From Trypanosoma brucei (taxonomy: Eukaryota): DNA of 64,000 nt. Position numbers and translations under genes: made by a program. Where the stretch lies: positions 416,001-480,000 of the forward strand of contig CP000068.1 of NCBI GenBank assembly GCA_000002445.1. The letters run 5' to 3'. This document shows, piece by piece, positions 51,809-64,000 of this stretch (the first letter of the stretch is position 1; every line of letters begins with the position of its first letter). The notes under the pieces were generated by a model. That model did not search any database and was not told where the DNA came from. It saw nothing but the letters and a program-made list of their open reading frames with translations.

Positions 51809-54800
51809 TATTACTATTATTTTCTTTCTTTTTTTGTAAAAAAGGGAGGGGGATTCTCACCCGCAGCTGCAACTATTCCTATTCCTACTTTATTATTATT
51901 ATTATTGTTGTTGTTGTTGTTTTCGTTTTTGCATGACGCAACAGTGCAATGAAAACGGGCAAAGGCACAAAACAACGACAACAACACAGGCGGTGCCATT
52001 TTTTTTAAATAAATAAAATTGGAGAGAAGTGGAACATCGGGGTAACCGCAAAGAAATATTAGTTAAAGAGATGAGAGGAAAAAATAATAAACTGAGGGGT
52101 GGGGTGGGGTGGGGAAAAAAGAAAATAAAGGACAAGGAAGGGGGAAAAAAAATCAAAGGAACCAAAGGGACTACCATAAAGGAAAGAAAGAAAAGGAGGC
52201 ATGTGGGTGTGCGGGGGAAAAAACAAAACATGGTATCAAAAACATACGTATCCTTTCGGAGGGAAAATAAATAAATAAAATAAAACAACAACAAATTTAG
52301 TGCGACATATCCGGATCGTAAAAGCGAAGAAAGAAAAAAAAAAGAAAAGGAGAGGAGAGGAGATGGTTGGGATTAGGACCCGGCTTCCCCCCCTTCCCTT
52401 CGGAAGGTGTAGTAAAATGTAAAGATGAGACGCATGGAAGTGGAAGTTCAGATGGTGAGGGCAAAAATAAATAAATAAAAATAAAAATAAAAATATAAAA
52501 TAAAATAAAGCAGTATTCACCACTTCCATCATGGAGCATAAAAACCAATTAGATACATTTAAATAAATCTAAAGTCAGGAGTCAAATTGCACACATTCCA
52601 TCATTTTCTTCTCTGAAGGGAGGAAGGGAAGGGGTTTTCTCCCTTGCATGTGCCGTCGTTGTTCACTCTTAACCGAAGAACGGAAGCAAAACAAACAAAC
52701 AAACACACGCACACACACGCTGAAAACAACAACAACAACTAAAAAAAAAAGTTGACCAAAAATACTACATATTTCACGCTCGAGAGAAGTCCCTGTCCTT
52801 ATTTTATTTTTTATGTTGTTTCATTTCTCTCCTCCCTTCACTTTTTTTTTCTCTTTCCCCCTTCATCACAAAAACGAGGTGAAGGCAAATATCCGTGGGA
52901 ATATAATTTGTACGGGGAGGAGAGGAAAGAAAATGAATTAAAAGTAAAATGGGAAATTTCTGGATGCTCCTGCACACACACGCGCGCAAATGCTTCGGAC
53001 AAACACATACGGAGTTATGCATTTGTACACTTCGTAAACGCTACAAAAATAACAAAAAATGTCAGCAGTAATGATGATAATAATATAATATTATATAAAA
53101 TAATAATGACAACAGTGGGGGAAAATAATGAACGCTATTAGCGTGTTTTTTTTACGGGTGCAAGCTCACAAACACATGGACACAAGCACACACAAATGTA
53201 AATATATATATATATATATATATACATGCATAAATAAAGGCATACGGGGAGAGAACCAAAAACCAAACAAATAGTAATACACTCACTGCTTGGTTTCGTA
53301 AATTTGCATTTCCTTAACATCGCGTGCCCGTATACATGTTCATAAATTTGTATTTATAAATGAATAGGTGTTTGTGCATGTTTGTTTGCGCCCGTGTTGC
53401 GTAACGCATTTATTATTTTCATCTTTTCCCGAACTGGATAACATTCATTCAAATATTTCACTGTCCTTACGTAATTAAATGAAAAATTCTTCCTCTCCTT
53501 TCCTTTATTTTCTTTTTCCTGCTTTTCCTTGCGCTTTTCATCTCCTGTTGTGGCTTTGGCCAATGGCGGCCCACCCACACCAGTGACGCAACATTTAAGC
53601 TGCGGCAGAAAAGTCATAAGAAGTGGGAAGAACAAAAACTAAAGAAGCTCCGGGAGAAACCAAAAGTAAACAACAACAACAAAAAAAAAAGAAAAAAGAA
53701 AAAAGGGACCACTTAAAAGGAGTCGCCTCTCTTCTTCTTCTTCTCTCCCTTCTTCATCTTTACAAATAAGATAAGGTAATAAAAATAACAATACTAATCA
53801 AAAGTAGCAGAGAGTTTTTACACAGCAGAGGGAAACAGACAGAGAATGAGGCAATTTCGTTTTTTTTTTAAACTTTCTTTCTCAACATCATCACTTTTCT
53901 GTTTTCCCTTATAAAAGCGGCACAACACGTTTCCCGTGAGACGGAACAGTAACATGTCGTTAAACCGAATACTCAACAATCCCATACGCCAAACCTGCAG
54001 TGCAAGTTCTTTCTTATTATGATCATTTATTATTTTTCTTCCCTGCTTCTTTTCTCTCTTCCAACTTCTTTGAATACTGTCAAATGTCCTCACCAAAACA
54101 ATAATAACAACTACATACGAAAAAAAAATAATAATAATAATAATAGTAATGTAGTAGACAAACAAAAAAAAAAGCGAGTTTAATAATAATAATAATATAA
54201 AGAAGAAACGAAGAGCAAACACGTACACATGAAAGCTTCCTAAATAACTTTTCACGCAACATTCATTCACATGTGCTTCATTCGCTTCATCCATTTGCAT
54301 TCCCCAACCTGCACTCGGTTTAAGCACCTTTTATTTCCGTACCTCATTCAATCTTCAGCACACGCACAAGAAAACCAAAAAAAAAAACCAAAAAAAAAAC
54401 CAAAAAGAAAATAACACACAGGTAATAAAGACGTGGCCACGGAGGGAAAACAACAACAACAACAACGAAAGAGCGTGAAGTGAAAAATAAATGGAAACAA
54501 TGGAGCATATGCACACAGTCAAACCTGAAGAAACGGAAAACAACACACACACAAACATAACATGTCCGAGCAAAATAACTAACAAATACATTGCATATAT
54601 TGCAAGTACATACAAAATTCATTGTAGGGATGAGAAGAATAACAAAACATAAATAAAAACAGAAATAAAAGTAGAACACAAGCGTGGAAATAATAACAAA
54701 ATTCCTCCCCTTCCGTTCACCTCAAAATGTGGAGTAGTGATGCCCAAAAGGGCTGCATATTTTTAAGTGATGTAAAAAGGAGGGAGAAATGAGCAAATGA

Positions 54801-55027
54801 AGGAAAAACATGGAAATACGCTGCGTGCACATACGTACACACCCACCCACCCACAGATCTACTTTAGTAGCAGAGCATGATAAAATCTACCAAAAAACAG
54901 TAATGAATAACACGACGACCTAAACAAAAAAAAGGAGGAAAAAAAAACAACAACAACAACAACCAGCAGCAATACGAAAAAAAAAAAACTGCTTAAAAGA
55001 AAAATGATTAAAAAAATTCGAACCATT

Positions 55028-58387
<3,360 letters not shown>

Positions 58388-59299
58388 TTACCGACCACTT
58401 CTCTTACTTTATTATTATTATTATTTTTTTTTTTTACAGACTCACGCCCACACGAGCACTCTTAGGGATTCTCGAATAACCTATCACTCACTTTCTCTAT
58501 ATTTTCTTGACTTTCGTTTCCCAAGCCAGTGTCGATAGGCTTTCCCCTTAGTTCACACCCCTTTTGCTTCGGTTTTTTTCCTGTTCCTTTCCTTCCCACG
58601 AGACGACCTACCTCAGTTGCTGTGTTGTTTTCTTATATCTTTTTTAAAAAAAAATTTAGTGTTCTTTATATTATTTGCGTTATGCGTTACGATTAGTTGC
58701 GGCGACGGCTATTTGCGAATCGGTGAAGTACGGAAGGGGCGGAAGAAATAGAGTAAGAAAGGGAAGGAGGGAGAAACAAATTAAGAGCATGTGTCGATAA
58801 GACTCCGTTTAGCGACTTGGATGAACAGTGGCAATGGTATATCGACTCCTGGAATGGGAAAACAAGGCAATAAAGCGATAGTTAACACCTAGAGAGGAGA
58901 GACAAGCACACTATGAGTAATCGCAACAATACATCCGGGATGTCCAAACACAAAAACATGGATAGTCGAAAAGGCAGGCCGACAACGGCAACGCGCTGAT
59001 ATATATATATATATATATAGTTGCCCCGCGTAGACAGAAATTATTGACTCCCTCCCCCCCAAAAAAAGGGAGTGACTTTGAAAGTAACAAGCACCAACCA
59101 GAACGATGAGTATGGAAGGCTATGGTATGACTTCGTGTGGCCAGAGACATGGGAGGCTACCAGACCCCGTGGTGGGAAACCTGAAACAATTTCCTTTCTT
59201 TATGTGCAACTCTAAGATATTCGTCAGCGCCTTTACGGTGTTATCTTCTTAGACCTCCTTCTCTATACCAATGCCGTCGACTTCCACCCCGCAGAATTA

Positions 59300-60847
59300 C
59301 TACGCACTGGTTGGCGACTGCGGAAACAGGGCTTCTACACGACTTGCTGCAAGTCTCAACTTTTCTTGTAAGTAACTTAAGCCTTCGTCCTGGTTCTGCA
59401 GCGGGCGTTTCTCACCCTTCGCCTGCGCTTTTCTGTTTTCACACTGAGCCTCTTCAAGCAACTGACGAATTATGTCATCACCCAGTGGGGGTGGGACTTC
59501 CTTCGACCACTCTGGCCTCGGAATACCAACAAGATGCTCCACACCCGCTGTGGGGCATAATGCCTCAAGCCTCTGCAGCCGCTGAAGAGCAGAGAGTTCA
59601 GTATTAATGGATTTTAGGCGGACCTGCAGCACTCGTTGGTCACGCGCCTCCCGCATGTAGGAGTTTCCAATTGCCTTCACGGATACCGTCGATGTTGTAT
59701 CCCCTGTACTTGGGCGGCCAAACGGTATATCATCCTCAGTGTCATCACCGTCGAATTCGGCGCTTCCCTTCTGGTAGTTCAAAGGGCCGCGGACCTCACG
59801 AAACCATCTAAGCCGCTCCTCCAGGGCTTCAGCCCGCTCCGTGTCCATGTCATACGGTGACGGCTCATTTGTGAAGTCCGTTTTGAGCAACTCCATTACC
59901 CGACGGTCCTCTTCTGCCGTAAGACCAATTCCACGGACAAACGGTTTAGCAGCTTTTTTGAACCTAACAATACGACCACCCCGGGACCTCGAGGATGCCG
60001 ACTTCTCCGTTGCGCTCGCCGCCCTAACACTCTCGACGGGAGTCCGACCTTGAATTGCCGCACTCTCCTCTCCTCCTTCTTCCTCTTCCTCTTCCTCTTC
60101 CTCTTCCTCGACATCTTCATCACCCCCTTCGTCTTCCGCGTTTACTGGAACAAGCAACTTACCGTCCTTATCCGTGTATATACGGTACTCTACACCATCG
60201 TCGTCCATTACATTCACAAATGGATCTGCGTCACCTCCAACCTTCTCTGCTTCGGTCTTAACCTCCGCATTCTCTTCGCAACCCGCAGCTTTTCCACTAG
60301 GCATGTTCCGTCCCTGTCCTTGTCCGTGCAGGTGCTTGACGAAGGTGGCAGAGTTCGCCTCCAGAAAGTGCAGCAACCGACTGTCACGGAGGCGTTCAAG
60401 GTCCTCTTTGGTAAGTGTGATATGCTGACCACCATTGACAAGCGTGACGCTCTTCTGAAGAAGTTGCTCGGCTCTCGCTAGCGAAGACAACGAAAGCGAC
60501 GGGGCCACTGACACGGTGGTAGCAGTGGTGGTGTTCATGACACTCACAAAATCATCCCCGCTGCTACTGTCACAGGCGGTGAAATCTAACGTTTCAGTAC
60601 CATCACCTTCCATTTGTGTGAGAAGTAGGCGGTTGGTGAGGGCCTGCATAAACACACGGGAGGTCGTCGATCCCCGCTGCAACTCGATGGCATCGTCATC
60701 CTGATCAGATATCGGGCTTTCGACATCCCTAATATCAAAAACATCTCCGCTACTATTGATGGGGCTTTGAATACCGCTGTCACTGCTCCCGCCCCCTCCA
60801 TAATTGTCACTCGAAGAGCGAGATGTGACGCAGCCGGCGTCTGACAT
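59300..60847 (-). CDS. Hypothetical acidic protein (~515 aa) with poly-Glu tract and C-terminal coiled-coil-like region
   Basis: The ORF 59300..60931 has 28 N-terminal codons that read through low-complexity DNA, so the start is placed at ATG 60847 (MSDAGCVTSRSS). The tract is EEEEEEEEEEEGGEE; no known domain was recognised. Confidence 0.45.
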   Translation of the reverse strand: MSDAGCVTSRSSSDNYGGGGSSDSGIQSPINSSGDVFDIRDVESPISDQDDDAIELQRGSTTSRVFMQALTNRLLLTQMEGDGTETLDFTACDSSSGDDFVSVMNTTTATTVSVAPSLSLSSLARAEQLLQKSVTLVNGGQHITLTKEDLERLRDSRLLHFLEANSATFVKHLHGQGQGRNMPSGKAAGCEENAEVKTEAEKVGGDADPFVNVMDDDGVEYRIYTDKDGKLLVPVNAEDEGGDEDVEEEEEEEEEEEGGEESAAIQGRTPVESVRAASATEKSASSRSRGGRIVRFKKAAKPFVRGIGLTAEEDRRVMELLKTDFTNEPSPYDMDTERAEALEERLRWFREVRGPLNYQKGSAEFDGDDTEDDIPFGRPSTGDTTSTVSVKAIGNSYMREARDQRVLQVRLKSINTELSALQRLQRLEALCPTAGVEHLVGIPRPEWSKEVPPPLGDDIIRQLLEEAQCENRKAQAKGEKRPLQNQDEGLSYLQEKLRLAASRVEALFPQSPTSA

Positions 60848-61822
60848 AATGCCTTTATGTGATACGGTGGCAGAACAACAAACAGACAAACACACATGCA
60901 CATACATATATAAAAAAAAGATGATTTCCATATGCTTTCGATAACCTGAAGCTGTGGGCAGTGAAGCACATGTGCCCCCACCAACATCCGGTAGGCAATG
61001 AAAATATCCATCAATGGATGGACCAGTACACTTTCAACAGCAAACGAATGTTAATTCGGAGAGTGAAACTCACACAGGAAACATAAATGAGCCAATAAAT
61101 GGCATTACATGAGCACAGGTGCACACACCAAAGCATACAGCACCAACTGGAAAAAAAAGGATAGAAAAAGATGGACGCTAAGTTTTCTATTACGTCCCAT
61201 GTACAGCATGAGGGCTTTTCGTTCCTCACACACGCGCACAGATGCCGCGCTTTCCCAGACAGACAGTCCTCTCCAGCCCACGCTTATGACTGATAGCGGT
61301 TACAGCGTACATTTAGTTAGGTGGGGAAATGCGTAGGGAAAGATCATTTGCATGAAACCCGGGTCAGCGATTTAAAAAAAAAGAAAAAAAAAATAAGGTA
61401 CACGAAAAGGGTTACGCTGCTGGTACGTTACCAGTGACCGCGTTGACACTCAGACACACACGTGTAGAAGCTCCCGATTTGAATCCTGATCCCCATTTTT
61501 ATGAATTGTTTACTCGCAGAACACAAAAATGTGTAAGGCATTTGATGACCTCGCGTACATGCCTCCAATCCATGAAGAGATCAAAATTACATGGACACAC
61601 TGCTACCTACATCAGACCAGACTTTCAAGAAGGTGGGAAACACCCAAGGTAAGGTTCAGCACAAAGGTTAAAGGATAACCAACTTACACAGAAAAATATG
61701 CAATGTAGGTAGAAACGGCGAGAACGTGGGGTAGAAAAAAAATATAAAAGACTGTGCCGGCGGCAAGAATATCACTGCACTCATTTGTTTGCTTTCATCA
61801 AAGCAAATCCATCTCGACTGCA

Positions 61823-62761
61823 TCAGCTCGTTCCACTGTATGTCGGTGATTCCCCCGTATACCAATCAGGGAAGCCTGTCTGATCTTCTGCCTTCTCCCG
61901 CAGCTGCCGTACACTGTCGTTAGCGGTTTCCTTCACCTCCACTTGATACCTCGTCCCTACAGCACTTTGCTCTCCATCCTCCGAGAGCATACTCGCTAAT
62001 GCATCCGCTGACAGCGACTCTTCTTCTGTGTTTGAGCCCACAGCTTCCGAAGTCGCAGGGCTGGACGCCTCCTTATTGACGTGTGGTTGTGTACGAGACA
62101 CAATTGCTGTGAGCTTAGCACCAGACTGCGTGGTTTCTCCCTGTTCCTTTGCAAGGAGCGAGACCTGATGCGGTGTGAGCTGCTCCTTGTGCAACTTAGC
62201 CAACACGCCCAGAACAACTGTGGCCTCGCGCATTGTAATAAAACGGCCCGTTAGCTTTGCTTCCTCTGCTTGTATAGCTGCCACACGTTTCTTCACCGCC
62301 AACCCACTGTAAAACCCCTGTAATACCTTTCTTATAGCTTCGCCGTGGTCAACACCCCTACGTTTAAGTTCATAGTATTCCTTCTCCATTGTGTCCAAAG
62401 GTTTTCGCACCCAGAATATGTTGTAATACCGCATGCCCTCCGACGCGACAAGGCGGCTCTTCCGAGCCAATTCGTCTCGAAGGGCCACACGCTCTGGGCT
62501 AAGTGTGCTTGTGTCGTCTTGTGTCGGTTCACTTGCATTGTGGGGGTTAAGGGTTTTTTCCTGCTGAAAGTTGTGGTTAATGGGTGGGAACATGCGGAAA
62601 TGGTTGTACCATTCGGGTGGAATGTAAAAACCAGTGCCAACGAGGCGCCCCATGCGCTTCATATGTTCCCATGGCTCGTACTTTTCATTCCATGTGTCGA
62701 AACGGGGGGCAACACCCATGTTTTTTGGCATCTTGTACCGCCGCACTACACATTGTCGCAT
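61823..62761 (-). CDS. Hypothetical protein (~300-312 aa; alternative ATGs at 62761/62731/62719)
   Basis: It is an ATG-initiated ORF with coding composition on the minus strand, consistent with cluster polarity; no recognisable domain. Confidence 0.45.
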   Translation of the reverse strand: MRQCVVRRYKMPKNMGVAPRFDTWNEKYEPWEHMKRMGRLVGTGFYIPPEWYNHFRMFPPINHNFQQEKTLNPHNASEPTQDDTSTLSPERVALRDELARKSRLVASEGMRYYNIFWVRKPLDTMEKEYYELKRRGVDHGEAIRKVLQGFYSGLAVKKRVAAIQAEEAKLTGRFITMREATVVLGVLAKLHKEQLTPHQVSLLAKEQGETTQSGAKLTAIVSRTQPHVNKEASSPATSEAVGSNTEEESLSADALASMLSEDGEQSAVGTRYQVEVKETANDSVRQLREKAEDQTGFPDWYTGESPTYSGTS

Positions 62762-63301
62762 GGATGTAAACCCCTATGTGAATATGCGTTAATGTTACAC
62801 CCAACTGTCCACGGGATTATATACACGTGTCTTCCCTTTGTAGCGAACGAGAGGAAATTAATAATAACGGCGGTGGCAAGGGGAAGAACCTGAGAGGGGA
62901 ACTAGTCGTTTGTGCATGCACTATCACACATACGCGGGCGAGAGGGGGATGTGACAAAACAAGTGTTTATAGTAGGATATAGTGGCGCGCACACAAATAA
63001 GAAAGGTAAGAAGAAAGTGTGTGGCCGAAAAAAAAAATCACTCGCTCGTGCTCAGTCTCTGATTTTCCCTCTTTTGCCTTCTTTGAGGAGAGCATCTCAT
63101 TTTTCGCGCCCCCCTTCTTTCTTGGATCTCTCCATTGTTCCCCCTTTTCGAAAAGTAATGGGAATGAGCGTCACCAGAAATATAATGAATTAGAAAAAAA
63201 ACCTACCGTGAAATAATGCGCAAAACAATAGCCTGAAATTGCCAAGCATCACCGCATAAAACTCTACCGGCGGCACCGGATTGGCGCAACAACTTTCACA
63301 T

Positions 63302-63405
<104 letters not shown>

Positions 63406-63654
63406 GCACTCACTAACACAAAACTACAACAATAGTAAAACAATGGCCAAGGAAGAAAGAGGGTAGTGAGTGCATATAAAAAAAATAATATATATGTACC
63501 GCTTGTGTAAGCGAAGAACCCTCAACATTTCCATGGAAATGAAAATAAGGCAAGAGAGATACGCAAAACGGGGCGGGATGAGTATTCCGAACGCTCTAAA
63601 TGCGGAGCGTTAAAATAATGGAAAAACTGAAACCCCTAACCGGCAACACGATCA

Positions 63655-63972
63655 TCACACCGACAAATGCACACGAATAAGTGTGTAAAATCGCGTACAG
63701 ACGGACTGCGGCCACACTTGTGGATATTTATGGGCCTTTTTTTTGGTGTAAAAATAACAACCTGTAGTGAAGCAACCCACAGGCGAATAAACCCCCTTCC
63801 TTACCACAACACAACTACCCATTGTCCCTGCAATGCTGTCGACATGGATACTTTCGCCTAAGCCAAACCCATTGATATACTTTCCCTCCTTCCGTCGGTG
63901 GTGAACCTGTTCAAACAATATGAGGTTTAAACCGTTGGCAGGCTTGTCCACACAGTGCCGCTCCATTAACAT
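63655..63972 (-). CDS. Possible small CDS (105 aa), unknown function
   Basis: It is an ATG-initiated ORF on the cluster strand with non-repetitive, coding-like composition near the window edge; no homology recognised. Confidence 0.2.
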   Translation of the reverse strand: MLMERHCVDKPANGLNLILFEQVHHRRKEGKYINGFGLGESIHVDSIAGTMGSCVVVRKGVYSPVGCFTTGCYFYTKKKAHKYPQVWPQSVCTRFYTLIRVHLSV

Positions 63973-64000
63973 TCATCCCTTTATTTCATACTGCACTGAA

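Overview
This window looks like nuclear DNA from an African trypanosome (Trypanosoma brucei group). The reasons are the gene-dense unidirectional clusters without introns, the long pyrimidine- and purine-rich low-complexity spacers with dinucleotide microsatellites, and the trypanosome-specific families present (ISG65-family invariant surface glycoproteins, a GRESAG4 receptor adenylate cyclase, LRRP/ESAG8-like leucine-rich repeat proteins). Two polycistronic units converge. A plus-strand unit covers ~1-28.9 kb: SulP transporter fragment, LRRcap acidic protein, YggS-type PLP-binding protein, V-ATPase subunit a, COX10 heme O synthase, several hypothetical proteins, a SYF1/XAB2-like HAT-repeat protein, nucleoside 2-deoxyribosyltransferase, a divergent cyclophilin and a putative surface protein. 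A minus-strand unit covers ~31.6-64 kb: a small ORF at the window edge, a hypothetical protein, an acidic hypothetical protein, an eIF4G-like MIF4G protein, NADH-cytochrome b5 reductase, a LOG-family protein, GRESAG4, LRRP, and a 3-copy ISG tandem array. A convergent strand-switch region lies at ~28.9-31.6 kb. The most interesting locus is the ~9.2 kb tandem array (31655-40811) of 2.94 kb units. Each unit carries an ISG65-family gene plus a 5'-truncated LRRP copy. The ISG ectodomains are mosaic, consistent with gene conversion, while the C-terminal/TM/cytoplasmic regions and flanks are identical. The array sits directly downstream of a full LRRP and a GRESAG4 adenylate cyclase, an arrangement reminiscent of ESAG4/ESAG8 in VSG expression sites. 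No prokaryotic-style systems (CRISPR, operons) are present, and no tRNA or rRNA could be recognised by eye. The supplied ORF track evidently allows GTG/TTG starts, so several ORF 5' ends were trimmed to the first plausible ATG.
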